Shown here: positions 1 to 13,484 of the stretch, in pieces
Layout of the letters: each line of letters starts with the position of its first letter
Numbering within the stretch: the stretch's first letter is position 1
From: Paecilomyces variotii
Taxonomy: Eukaryota
Assembly (NCBI GenBank): GCA_004022145.1
Contig: RCNU01000010.1
DNA: 64,000 nt
Strand: one strand, 5' to 3'
Position numbers and translations under genes: made by a program
Notes under the pieces: model-generated
What the model was told of the DNA's origin: nothing
The model's input: only the letters and a program-made list of their open reading frames with translations
Databases searched by the model: none

Positions 1-237
1 AACCAGTGATGACGTAGATGACGGCCCGCGTACCTGACAATATCCAAGGACAGTACAGGATCTAACAAGATCAGCCCCAAAGCTGGGGAGAACAGCGTAG
101 TTATAAGCAATTTCTCCGTATACTCAAAAAAATCCCCTAGAGAAAAACATCCTGTTCCCCATCCAGGTTATCATGCGCTTCAAGGCACCCTGTCCCTACG
201 CTTCCCGCTGCTAGGCTACTTAAGTATCTCACGAACC

Positions 238-1840
238 ATGAGTTACGTTCCGGGCCGCGCAGTAGTAGCTGTCGCTCGCCCTTCGCTACGCTGCGCATCA
301 CCCAAGGTTACAACGGCTTGGAAACCGGCTGCTACTACTACCGTCCCCCTCGCGAAGACCTTCTCTACATACCGTGTTCGACCTACGTCAAGAACAATTG
401 AGGCGGCTCCACGAATATGGAATCGACCACAATCGGTGGTTCTCGGTGGTGTCTATCTCCTACATGTTCGACAATATGGCTCCGAACCAGCAAACAAGGA
501 GAGCCAGAGCGATGACCCGGAATATCTGAGGACAATTGAAGAGATCAGGAAGAAACAGCGTGAGACTCCGTGGCAGCGAGAGGGTTCGAGCGAGTCTCCG
601 GTGCGCAAGCAGCGGTCTGCTACTGCAATGACCAAGGGTAAGACATGGCATCCTCGCAATGACAATGGATTTTCCCATCTGAATAGATGCTGATGTATTG
701 GAACTCATAGGGAAGCTTCTAACCACCCCCTCGCGACTCTTGAAACTCATACTACCGGTAACGACTCGCGACCATAACGATGACCGGAAAGGTACGGACA
801 GTCCTATCGAACTCCTGGGATATAGAGGCTAATTTATATCCATAGATATCGAGCCCTTGGCTCTTCTGGTGCATCCTCAACAACCCCTGTCTTACTTGGA
901 ACGGCTCATCCAAGCAGAAATACCTCCCGTCAAGGCTGCCGATGGCAATGTGAAGCCTCCATCGATCTCTTTCATGGCGATGGAGATAGAAGACGATGTA
1001 GTGAAACCGAGACCTGCAAAGGATCAAAAGGACGTTGAAGAGCAAAAACAAGAGGAGGCGCAGCCTCGTCGCTCGCGCAAGAAGGGTGGTCCGATCGAAG
1101 ATTCGCATAGATACTTGGAACGACCAGACCCGGCGGAAAGCGGCCAGACTCAGCGGTTCGTCCGCTGGTCGGCTTCCACGGAGGTTGGAGATTTTATCAG
1201 AGACGCGGCCCGCGCGAAGGAATTCATCGTGGTTATTGAAGGATCGCCTCTTGGCGAAATACCCGTCGCAGTGCCCTCGTTTGAAGATCGGACTTACTAT
1301 TTGAGGATGAGGCTAAGGAAAGTGTCGAAAGAGCTGAAGAGTATGGCCGTGATCAAAGAGGAGTGTGATGCGCTCGCCCATCGCGGGGCACAGAGGGTTG
1401 CGATGGGTGGTTTTGGTGTTCTCGTCTTCTGGTGGTACCTGGTCTATCGGTTGACTTTCGAAACGGACCTGGGATGGGACACCATGGAACCAGTGACCTA
1501 TCTGGTCAGTTTGTCTACGCTAATGGGCGGTTACCTCTGGTTCCTGTACCACAACCGAGAAGTGTCTTATCGATCTGCTCTTGATTTCACTATCAATAAA
1601 CGCCAGCAAGCCTTATACCAAACGAAGGGTGTGGATCTACAGCGGTGGGAATCGCTCATTGACGAGGCCAATTCATTAAGAAGGGAGATTAAGTCCATCG
1701 CCGCCGAGTACGACGTGGACTGGGACGAAAAAGCAGACGAAGGAGATGAACGAGTCACCAGAGCATTGAAGCAGGACAGAAAACAAAAGAACGGAAAGTC
1801 CCGAGACTCGAACTCGAAGGAGGACGAGGAAGACGAGTGA
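238..1840 (+). CDS. mcu: Mitochondrial calcium uniporter (MCU), 3 exons: 238-637, 711-791, 846-1840
   Basis: Introns 638-710 (GTAAGA..TAG) and 792-845 (GTACGG..GCTAAT..TAG) join to give KGKLLTTPSRLLKLILP...DIEPLALLVHPQQPLSYLERLIQAE. Two TM helices flank the WDTMEPVTY (DxxE) filter, and the N-terminus is Arg/Ser/Thr-rich and presequence-like. Confidence 0.93.
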
Positions 1841-1921
1841 AACAACCGGAACCCCAAAGAAATATTTTTGTCCCTTTCCAGCCATTATTGCCTAGTTGTC
1901 CAGAAGCGCCCATCCGTTCTG

Positions 1922-2664
1922 TCAGTGAGTGCCGTTTCTGACAGGATCATAATATCCCTTTTTGACCTGTTGCACGTTTCCTGCTGTTGTTGTCTTTGCG
2001 GCGTTTTTTGCGGATCCCTGAGCTGCAAACGCAGTCGGTATTAGCACTTCTGTGAATCATGAAAATAAAGACAGGACGATAATACAGCATACCACCTGAG
2101 CTACTGTCATCGCCTCGACGCCGGTTACGGTTGTTGCGAACGTCTCTCGAGCGGAACACACTGTACAACAACCACCCGGTCACCCAGTTTGGGCCGTACT
2201 CGCCATTTGTGGCACCGCGATCGAAGAGCGGACGTGTCACCGGTCCCGCATTCCTCCAGATTTCAATGATGCCCCATCGCTGTCGTTCAGGTCGGATGTG
2301 ATGCCAGAAGAAGGGCGGTCGCGTCGAGGGGTCGTTGCGAAGACTGTCGAGCAGGTCTGAGGTATCGCGATTCATGTGATTGTACACCACAATAGCCTCA
2401 TCCTTGTGAATTTGTTACCACACGAACATAATCACACCTAGACGGTTTCGTTTCTTTTTTTTTTTTTTTTTTTTATGCTCTTCTTTTCTTTTTCATTTTG
2501 TCTCTGCCATTGCATATTTCTTGCGGAGTTTGTTTTGGGAATTTTCTTGAAAGACTCACCCTCATAGCTTTGTAGTAGTACTCATGTTGAGGATTATTAG
2601 CATCAAGGCCTAGAGCATGCATGAATTCCTCCTTCGAAGCACGAGGCCCAACAGCTCCTGCCAT
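1922..2664 (-). CDS. Small hypothetical protein, 3 exons: 2664-2560, 2402-2093, 2022-1922
   Basis: Donors GTGAGT (2559) and GTATGC (2092), with acceptors AAG and CAG, give one continuous frame: MAGAVGPRASKEEF...KAMR|DEAIVVYN...NWVTGWLLYSVFRSRDVRNNR...GYYDPVRNGTH*. Confidence 0.75.
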
Positions 2665-4354
2665 CTTCGTAGAAAGCGTTTATTTGATTCTCTGAACTTC
2701 TTTCCGATTCACTTCAAAAAACCATTTAAAAAAAGAGTAGTGTAGTAAGATCTAAGCAATTACACCGTGGAGAAGAAACAACTTCGCCCACAGCGGAGAG
2801 AATCAAGATAGGAAGAGCTAAAGAAACCTTCTCAAGAACTATAGTCAAGAGAAAAAAGGACAGAAAGAAGATGCAAAGAAATTAAATCGAGTCACGCCCG
2901 AGACTTCTTCATTTATACTAGAGGTACGGACAATCGCACACAGAAACAAGCCAGCCATGCTGCTCCCAGGTAAATTAAGCATCCCTGGTAACTGAGACTC
3001 GACTAGTAATGTTACAAGGGTTCATCAAGTTACTTGGTCTACCTAGCTCTTCCTACCTATCCTTGGTAAGTATAGGTAGCGATGGTCTGGGCTCTACAGG
3101 AACGTGTTCATGTATGTAGTATGTAGTATGGAGCAAACAAAAGCCATCGTAGCCCCACACTGGAAAAAGCAGTCTTCATACCAACATACAGTAGATAGCT
3201 GCGTTTAGCCGGCGCAATATGAACATGTACATGTACATCGTTCTATTTTCTTTATGCAGGGTGTCGAAATAGAGAGATGTAGAAAAACAGATCAAGGTAC
3301 GTATCGAATTGTTGTATCTGCGGATGGGATGGATGGGGTTTGATACATCTGTGATCGATTGGTCGGTGGTATGTGCCTAGTTCCTAGTCTCGGGTAGATC
3401 AATGCGTTCGTGAGATCTGTTCCCTCACGGGTAGGAGGATAGATGCATCGAAGTGTTGTAAATGAGGCTGTAATAGTTATCTTTTATGCTATCGTTGTCT
3501 GTGTTCTGTTCTCGAGTCTCTGCTCTTGTGTCCCTGCATAGGTGATACAGGGAGCGGGTATGCTAGTACCCGTTCGAGGATGCGGTATTGGTTGTCGGCC
3601 TGGGGCTGGTTGAATTGGTTTTGCGGGGATGTAGTGGTAATTATTGAATTCGATGGTGGGTTTAGACTTTTGCTCGATGCGAACCGCTAGGACATGGTAT
3701 GGATTTACGTCAAGCCAGAAGTAAGCTTTTCCAAGGCGTATGTCGAGAGATCTATTTGATTGAAGGCCAGGTAAAAAGAGAGGATTTGGAAAGACAAACT
3801 GGATGGGAGAGATAAGTGAGCGATGGATGAGAAATCTGACAGTCAGGAGCTACATCTAGTTCATCAAACAATAGGTAAGTTAGCGTCGCCTGGTCTTCAT
3901 CAATATTATTTGGCAGAATGTAGGATGCATCTAGCAAACCAGCTCAAACCAGCACAAACACGCAGAAACACGCACTCCATTTCCTGTTGTTTGTTTCCAT
4001 ACTCTAATTGGGCATTCCTCTAATGTGTCTCATACGCAACAGTGAGCTTTCTTTATCTCACTTGCTAGGATTCTGATTTTGATTGCTTACTCACATCACG
4101 CTACGTCAGCATATTTCTTTGTCTGACAGGGGCAAACTGCCAGTCTGATTTGCCTGGGACTTTCACTTCTTTCTCTCCTCTTAAATAAAGCGGGCTTTGT
4201 GCGGGGTCATCTTTTTGTCATATGCGTGAAGCTCAAAAGAGCTCAGCTCATATTCTGTCTGTCTCCCAGCACAGTCTCATCCATTTTCCTCTCATCAACC
4301 TTCTACCACTACAGAGAATATTCACCTGTTTATCCACTGCACATATCACATAAT

Positions 4355-7300
4355 ATGTCTGGCAACCCCAAGCGCGGCGGGCGCGGACAGAGCCGTGGTG
4401 GTGGCAGGGGGGACTTCAACCTACCCATCCATTCAGGGCGAGGAGGAGGTCGCGGTCGTGGAGGAGATCGTGGTGGACGTGGTAGAGGCCGTGGAGCACC
4501 AGTCGAAGTTTACAGGTAAGCTACTTTGATATATTCTTCTTTCTGTTTTATATATATCTCACATCTGAGTTATGTAGTGCCAATGCTCCAGTGCCGGTTG
4601 ATGCCAAAGCGGCGCAGGTCGAAACACAGACTGAGAAGGCCATCAAGCAGGAACCCAAGGCCCTCAGAGTTCAACTGCCCCTGAGACCCGGTTATGGCAC
4701 CCAGGGTCGGCCTGTGGAGTTGTGGGCGAACCATCTGCACCTCATGCCTAAAGGCGATCTCATACTACATCGTTATAGCGTTGATATCGTGCTCGACGCA
4801 GGTAGCCGCCAACCCGCAGGGAAGAAGCTCCGGCGCCTTGTCCAGCTCTTGCTCCAAGAGCATTTCGGGCAGTACGACCGTCAGATAGCCACGGACTTCA
4901 AGTCTACTCTTGTCTCGCGACAGAAGCTGGACCTGGACAATAATGGCTATCAGGTCCGTTACCGCAGTGAAGACGAAGACGAGGCAGCGGACAATGCCCC
5001 ATTGTATCGCATGCGCGTTCAGCCCACTGGGACGTTGACGGTTGCTCAACTCATTGATTACCTATCCTCGTCGAATGTCAGCGCTGTGCTGAATTCAAAG
5101 GAGGAGATCATCCAGGCGTTGAACATCGTACTAGGACACACTGCACGAGCCGCACCAAATGTCACTTCTGTTGGCAGCAGCAAGCATTACCCACTGGCCA
5201 GATCGACAGAGGAGAAGTTTGATCTTGGAGCGGGTCTCATTGCTGTCAGAGGATTCTTGATGAGTGTTCGAGCCGCAACTGCACGGCTCCTGGTCAACGT
5301 GCAGGTGAAGCATGCTGCCTTCTACCAAGAAGGTCCTCTCGAGCAACTGATGCAGGCTTACATGGTCGCAAACCCCAGCAAGGTCAAGCTGGCGAGTTTC
5401 CTAAACAAACTCTCCGTCAATGTCACCCACATTGTCCGCAAGAACAAGGCGGGCCAGCTCATCCCTCGGATAAAGGTCATCTGTGGCCTGGCAATGCGCG
5501 ATGACGGCCGGAACCAAGCACATCCCCCTATTGTTCCTTCTTTTGGAGCTGGCCCTAAGGAGGTGCAATTTTTCATTGGAGACGAAAATCAATCACCAAG
5601 CTCCGGTCCTAGTGGGAAAGGGAAGAAGAAAGGCAAGAATCCGCCCAAGGCTGGACCTGAACCCCCGAGCCAGGAAGGCTATATCAGTGTCTATGACTTT
5701 TTCCGCCGCAGTAAGTGAGGAGACCGCCATGTCTTTTTCAGTATGCTCATAAACATAGGCTACAATATTCAGCTTCGACACACGGATCTACCAGTGGTCA
5801 ATGTCGGCTCGCGAGAGAATCCGACGTATCTCCCAGCTGAAGTCTGCGAAGTGCGTGCTGGACAGGCGGCGAACGCGAAGCTATCCTCGAGGCAGACACA
5901 GAATATGATCAGATTCGCAGTACGCAGACCAGTAGACAATGCGCAATCTATCGTCACCTCTGGTGTGAGCTTGTTGGGATTCAATTCAGCTAACCCAACC
6001 TTGGTACGTGCAAGTCCCCATGATTCCGTGATTGTGCTGACTGTGAAGAACGCTTTCGGTGTCAATGTGAATCCCATCTTGATTACCGTTCCAGGCCGCG
6101 TGTTGAATAGTCCCGATGTCCGCTATGGAAACAAAAGCATTTCGACCAGGTCTGGTAGCTGGAATATGTCTGAAGTGCAGTTCGCAACCAAATCCACTCT
6201 CACCTCCTGGACATATCTGCGCATCTCCTTTCCAGATGCCACCGAGAGCCCATGGAAGAGTGTAGCTGAGTTTCAGAAGACCTTTGAGGAATTTACAAAG
6301 ATATTGCAAAAATCTGGGGTAGTCACAGGGATGGCAGTTCAGGGAATGGATATCACGGTCGACCCGGATAACCCACAAGCCACGATCGATAACGCTATCG
6401 GTCTATTTGCACGAAGCAAAATCCGGGCGCCCCCCAAGATGCTTTTGGTGATCCTACCTGATACTACAGCTGCCGTCTACAACCGCGTTAAATATGCGTG
6501 CGACGTGAAAGAAGGTTTACTGAATGTCTGCGTGATCGCCAGCAAATTCGCCGAGAATTCGACCCCATACTTCGCCAATGTAGCCCTCAAGTTCAACCTC
6601 AAGCTAGGTGGCAGCAACCATCTCCTGGATAACTCCAAGCTCGGGCTCCTTGCCCAGGGCCGTACTATGGTTGTTGGCGCAGACGTCACCCATCCTTCTC
6701 CGGGCTCTGCAGGGAACGCACCCAGCGTAGCCAGTGTCGTAGCTTCAGTCGACCACCGGATGGGGCAATGGCCAGCTGCATTACGAATTCAGCCTCAGGC
6801 CCGGCAAGAGATGATCGGAGGTCTGGACGAGTTGTTCAAGAGCCGTCTCCGTCTCTGGACTAAACATAACAAAAACACCTATCCCGAGAACATATTGATG
6901 TATCGTGATGGAGTCTCAGAAGGTCAATACCAGCTTGTCCTTAACGAGGAGCTTCCCTTACTGCGAAAGGCGTGCAAGGAGATGTATCCAGCCTCAGATA
7001 CCAAGAAAGGTCTCCCGCATATCACCATCGTGATCGTGGGCAAGCGTCATAATACCCGGTTTTACCCTACCACTGTACAAAACGCAGATCGATCATCAAA
7101 CCCGCAAAACGGCACGGTCGTTGACCGCGGTGTTACAGAGGCGCGCAACTGGGATTTCTTCCTGCAGGCACACAGTGCGATTCAAGGGACTGCCCGGCCA
7201 GCCCATTATTATATCGTCCACGACGAGATATTCCAGCGCACGAAAGTGTCTCCCCCATTCGCTAATGCCGCGGATGTTCTAGAAAACCTCACTCACAATC

Positions 7301-7527
7301 TCTGCTATCTCTATGGCCGTGCCACCAAAGCCGTGAGCATTTGTCCGCCGGCATACTATGCTGATCTGGCCTGCGAACGCGCACGATGCTATCTTAGCGG
7401 GGTATACAACCCGTCTCCAGCGGAGACTCCTGCAGGGAGTGTTGCTGGCAGTGTGGCTGCCGCAGATGTGGATCCTAGCATGGTGCAAGTTCATGACAAT
7501 GTGAAGAATGCAATGTTTTACATTTGA
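4355..7527 (+). CDS. qde-2: Argonaute (QDE-2-like; N/PAZ/MID/PIWI), 4 exons: 4355-4515, 4578-5710, 5759-6003, 6049-7527
   Basis: RGG-rich N-terminus, LPLRPGYGTQG..ANH N-domain, PAZ motif LPVVNVG..TYLPAEVC, and PIWI motifs VGADVTHP, YRDGVSEGQ, KRHNTRF, GTARPAHY and PPAYYADL. Canonical introns at 4516-4577, 5711-5758 and 6004-6048. Confidence 0.96.
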
Positions 7528-10233
7528 TCTGTTTATCTAGGATGACGGAATCTGGTTTCGAGGGAATTTTTGGGAGTTCGGGTTTTGGTCTAATTGGAAG
7601 ATATGTTAGCGAGGTTCAAATTACCTCTGAAGAAGGGAGAATGACTCGTATGATCACTTGGTGGAAGTTTCTTCAGCTGTACATACTATGCTGAGTATGC
7701 ATCTCATGCATTCTTAGCTTAGAAGCTATGGCAATGAAGATATGGTACAATTCTATCGCATAGTATTCAATTGCATCTTGTAAGACTTCCGTCGTATTAC
7801 CACATGTCGAGCTTCTACAATCCGTCGAAGAATATAAGATGGCACCAACCTGCACCATTTCACAGCCCTGGAAGTAAGTCCACTATCCCGTGAGGCTCGA
7901 AGATAGTCTTCCAAACCACCAGGAAATCACTCCCGGGTAGGTATTGGTTATCTGATTTGAGATTAGATACATCAGCAGTCCCTACGTTGTAGTCTTCTGG
8001 GATCCGCCGTAGCAAACTTAACCCCACTACATTACAGTACTAGGACAATTCCATTTCTGAAGGACCATATCGTCTGATAATGATCGCCTGTGTGATGAGA
8101 TGCATGGTAAAAAATCCTCTCGGCTGGGAAATCAATGTGATCTGTCATATATACTCCAAGGACAAGAGGGCGTTCGATCCGCAGAAATAGTCAGTCAATA
8201 CATCGCTACATAGGAGATCTCCATATATTCTCAGGGATACGATTTGGCCGGCTAAATTACAATGTATGGAAGTATGCACGTAGCCAAATTGTTCTGGGAC
8301 CATCCTGGTATGTGTCGCTTTGGCTCTATCACAGAGGATAGTTACCGAATCGTCGTATCTACCTCACGCGGATACATAGCGGCATATCACAGAATATACG
8401 ATTTCAGTTAGACTACTCGGTTATGTTTACAACTTCATTACTGTATCTATAGCCCTAGAGACAAAATAAAAATGCAACTAACCTATCATACTCGTACAGA
8501 CATCTTTGTTTAGTTTTCCTGCAGGATCACGGCGGAAGCGGCTACGGACATGAGATCCCTACCCCTTATCGGCCCTCTGCATCGGTGAAGTCTGTGTATC
8601 GTGACTCGAGAGCTTGGATCCAAACAAGTACTGTACCTAAGCGGATATGCATCTTTCCTGACGAACGCAGGTCCGAGCGCAAAGCGAAGAGGTCAAAGCT
8701 TTGGAAGTTGAATCAGTCTCGGTTTAGGAATCGCTTTTATTGCTTTGCTCAGTGGAGTTCAGGTCTTTGTCATTCTCTATTTGGTTGTGCTCTTCATTAT
8801 AGCCTCTCGATCAAGTGTCCTGAGAGTCTAGTGAGATTATGGTATTAATATCATCGTCGTGGTTGTCTTCCATGTCGGCACTCTTGAACATCGTGTCGTC
8901 AAGGAGGGAAGACGACAATTCGCAACCGCAAATATTTCTAGCGAGAGAAAATCAGAGTAGAAAGAATATCGCAGGTAAGGTCTAGGGCTTGCCTAGAAGC
9001 GAGTTCTGTCCTCAACTCTTTGTATGAATACCTACCCTGTTGCCTGAGTTCTTTGCATGCAGGTATGTAACGATGAATCTGAAATACAAGAAGCGCCTTG
9101 ATGGTCGATTCGGGTAAGTGAATATAAGCTCCTTCCCATCAGATCCTATAGTCGATATCAGCAACGATGCTAGAAGAAAACGCAAGTTAGTAACCATAGA
9201 GCCTGTGAGCTACCTACCCATCGGAGTGTTAAAGCATACCTAATAAATGACTGTACCCCAGATACAGCCTCCTGAGTCACTATTGAAGCCATATCGCGCA
9301 AAAGGCGAACAATTCGCGAGTCTGTCACGAATTGGGGTATAGACCGCGGGTTTATAGGAATATTAGGGTGATTTAATGTCAGGAGCTGAGACCATAGAGC
9401 GCAAATGAGAGAAGGGAGATGTCTGATGCAAGAGATCAATCGAAAGTAGAGGGAGTGGAAAGACGGGAGGAGAATGAGGATGTGGGTTTAAGACAACACT
9501 ACGGTCGATCTGTTTTTGATAGATGTGGGCCTTCTGCTTCCGCAGTGTCCAGTTTTCATCATTATCTTTTATTAACCCAAGTGTTCTGTTCGCAGAAAAT
9601 TAAATAAGATTTTTAGTGTAAGGATTCGAGTTGAGCTTGATACGAGGTAAGTATATCGGACAACGAAGTCTCAGAAGAGCACGTTCGCGTGCAGCAGCAC
9701 GAAGCAGCTCACTTGTAATCAGCACATCAATGGCCTTCATCATAAAGGATAACATATATTTCCACAAATGGTCGATCTCTAGCTGATATAGTTTTATTTT
9801 ATCCAATTCAGACACTCGCACATAATGCCTTTTGATTGAAAAATGGCCGCCAGTATCTTGCTGACGCTGTTGTTGAATCGACCTTGCATGTCGCCTTCGT
9901 CAGAACAGGCGTAAAGCTCGTTGTAGTATGTGTTGCGATCAGGAAACTAGCAGGTTGTGATCGAGAATCGCATCTTTGAAGTAGGTATCGATCACAACTC
10001 TAGGATATTGAGCAAGTATAAGGACATACAAGTGCTAGAAGAAAGATACAACCCAGGTCCCTCTGGTTGTTTCCATAAATGGGTCTTATTAATAAAGTAA
10101 TCCAAGAATAGTTTGGCTGCAGTAGCGATCAGATTATCACCTATACGCGAAACCTGGGTCACTTTTGGTCCAGATTTCGCATTCTTGGACAAGGAGAGCT
10201 GTTCCGATACTTGTTGCCATTCGGACTTGCATC

Positions 10234-11400
10234 TCAAGGTCCGATGCAATAGATAGGCGAAAAAAAGCAAAAGTTGGCTGAAATCCCGCTGCTTGCTTTG
10301 AAGTCTCTTTTGGCGTTTTCGGATATTATTACAGAGTACCTCTCTGGAATAGAGGGCTTCCGTGACATAGCAGATATATAATTAGAAAGGGGAAGCCAGC
10401 TGAAAATGATAGATTCGACGTTTCTTCGCCTCGATTGAATCACAAAGTGTTTTGGTTCTATTTGGTGAAGAATGGCCGAATTGGGACCTAGCAGCAATCC
10501 TCTGCAGGTAATCTTGGAATTCTGTAAAGCCAGGAGACGATCGAGTTCGGTATCATCCGAGGGATAACGGACGTGACGCGAGGAGGTGATCGAGGGGTCC
10601 TCACGTTCGGATTCGACCTCAGGCGCGTTGGAACGAGAGGGCGGGACGATTTCGATGACCTCGACGTCCTCATGACCTTCATCGTCGCCGCTGAAGACAT
10701 CGTCAACATCTCGGCCCGAAAAGGAGGCGTGCCAACGACAGTTCCTATGATCGTTAGAACTGATCGGGTCGACCGAAAAGGAAAGATGATACTCACTAAT
10801 ACTGCAACGCTGTCTGTCTCCCGTCCAGGTGCAGTTCGCACATCGGCGACGTCACCTAAGGCAACGCACTCATCGAAGGGGCTGAGGCCACGACGGCAGT
10901 GAGTACACTGAGGGAGCTGCGCCTCACATTCGCACGAAGAATACCGGCGTGTTGATATTCAACGGACAGTCCAAAGACGTTAGGATCGCAGCTCCGTTTA
11001 ACTAAGGGGAATAGAATCCGGAACAACATGAATTGCTCTTCTGTGACTTGAGAGCCAGATTTCAGATCGTTGCATCATTTGAATATCAGGACTTGTTCTG
11101 GCGCTTCCGTCTTAATCCATCCCTTATACCCTCCTATCTCTTTCATCAGATCATATATAAAAGTAGGAAGTTTTGAACGTTCAAATCCTGGAACCAGTCC
11201 CAAGCCGTCCAAAATGACCTGCTCGTGATATCGGCAGAATTCTAAAAGCCTTGTTTCTCTCATTGCTCTGAGTCCCATAATGAGCCTTTCGACTGCTCTG
11301 GGAGAGGAAGGTCCTTGTTGTAAAAGGTATAAGGCTTCACAGGGATATCGTTGACTAAATTCTGCAGATATCCGATACAAACTCAGGATAGCTTATTATC
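10234..11400 (-). pseudogene. Decayed gene relic with a DUF3716-like Cys-rich domain (boundaries approximate)
   Basis: The minus strand at about 10913-10797 reads QCTHCRRGLSPFDECVALGD/(frameshift)/RRCANCTWTGDRQRCSI. A GTGAGT donor and an acidic exon fragment follow. No intact long ORF remains. Confidence 0.55.
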
Positions 11401-13484
11401 ATCATCATCCTCAAGGATGCGCTTTTCGCACTTGACCAGTTAACTATATATCGTCGTGTGCCAGGTTGAAGATGAAGTTGAAATCGAAGTCGTCCAGGAC
11501 TTGAATGCAAGTCAGTCCTTCGCAGATAAGTTGGAGACAGATAAAGACTAGACCATATATATAGGATTCGCGTATTCAATTCGAAACTGATAGGACTTAT
11601 CCCTAGGTCATGTTTATATGAGAATATACATATGGGCTGCAGTTATAGGTATGTTTCATAAAAGATCAACGAAGATTTCACCCCAAACCGGGATCCTCAC
11701 TGAAGCAAGCATACCACGATTCTGGGAAGGAGAGCACACGTAAGACCCATCAGGGATCGCGCTGAAGTCAGACAGGTAGTCAGCAATGGTATCGGTTGAA
11801 CATTGAGGATCAGTGGGCGCGCATCACGAGCTTGGAGTAGCTCGGAGACTTCGCCATCAGAACCGGACTCGGAGGGCACCATGATGGGCGCTACATTCAC
11901 TGAGTTAGCCATGGACAAATCATGAGATAGGAACACTTACCCTGGGGGCTACCCGCGGGGGGAGAACGGATACGGCCAGTGGGAGTAGGGGGCGGGCCGA
12001 CTGCAGAACGTCAACTCAGAATCTTCGTATAGCGGCCGTTTGGGGTGGCGAGTTTATGTTCAAGACAAGAATTGAAGAAAAAACCTCTCAGCGTCGAATA
12101 TATCTTGTTCGTCGGATCAAAACCCGCGAGATTTCAGTATAATATCAGCTATATCGCTGGATGTACGGCGACTAATCGTACAGAGAACCTTCGAGGAACT
12201 GACCAAATTTGAGGTCTGTATAAGCATATACTTTATGAAAGATAAGCATGTGTGTCTCTCCCATAGTTATACACACGTATAGAGAGCAGAGTGCATAGCC
12301 AAGTCCGATGCGCAGAAGAAGAAGTCCAGCCTACTCGATCCTATAAGTAAGTAAACGAGAGAGAGTCATCACAGTTCATTGAATAATCCATATAACCCCG
12401 CACGCAGCGCAGGCCCAGATTCACCGAACTAGATAGAGTATGGGAATAGTCCTTCCATTCTCGTTTATCTTCCTTACTAGTTGTAGAATTCATCTATGTA
12501 TATCATTCACGTATCCGGTAGTCACTTATAGTGGAAATCGGGAGATGATTTGTCTTTTAGTGGCTGCTGCCGACAGGTTTCTGCTTTTGATGCGGACTAA
12601 GTATTCAGATAGGCTGGTTAATTGATTTTCGACGATTGGTAGAATTCGGATAAGGTCAATGACATTATCATCCCTGTCTAATGCGATTAAACGGTGATGT
12701 TTGGGAGTGGACTCCAACTGCGAACTGTAAGCACCGCTGTTTCCTAGCCATGTCCCTTTTGGTTTCCTTGTTCTCTGGCATGAGTTATGTTCTGTCGACG
12801 CTCACTACTTCTTCGGAGACGAGCTGCAAACGGCTTGTACGACTCTGCTGAAAGAGAGGTAGGATAAGCAATGTGAAGCCACCTTGAGCCACCAAGAGAC
12901 ACGCCGGAATTAGTAAATGCTCGAAATCACCGGTGGAGGCAGTGCTCCAGCCAGCAGGTAAATCAGGATGAAGTCCATGGGCATAATTATATAGCTGATA
13001 GATTCCGGTATCCTCTAGTTCTCTAAAAAATCAAGAATTCATTCCCGTTTTACATGCTTCTTCAGAGTCTTTGTTTCTGTGATCCTAGATCCTGACGTGT
13101 TTAAGTACTGTACTTGGTTTGGTAAGCATTTTCATTATTGCGGGAGAGTGAGTTTATTTTTATCCCGTTATACTTTTCGTATAGCTTTCTTTTCCCTTTC
13201 CAATTATTATGCCATCATCAAGGTACATAACTAATGGCTATCCTCATTAAGCGTCCCATGAACAAACGAGAGCAGTCAGGCTCGATAATCACCAGCGGGG
13301 AAAGGGCTGGGATCAGTGCGACAGGAATCGCCCTTAGGAGCAGCAGGATACCAAATCACCTGCTGCTGATGTCGCTGAGAATATAATCATAGATGATATA
13401 TATAGATAGAGGTTTTATAACTGAAAACACCAAACCTTCCATATTGACTCTTCTCAAAGCACGCCTCTATACAAAACAAGCAAG

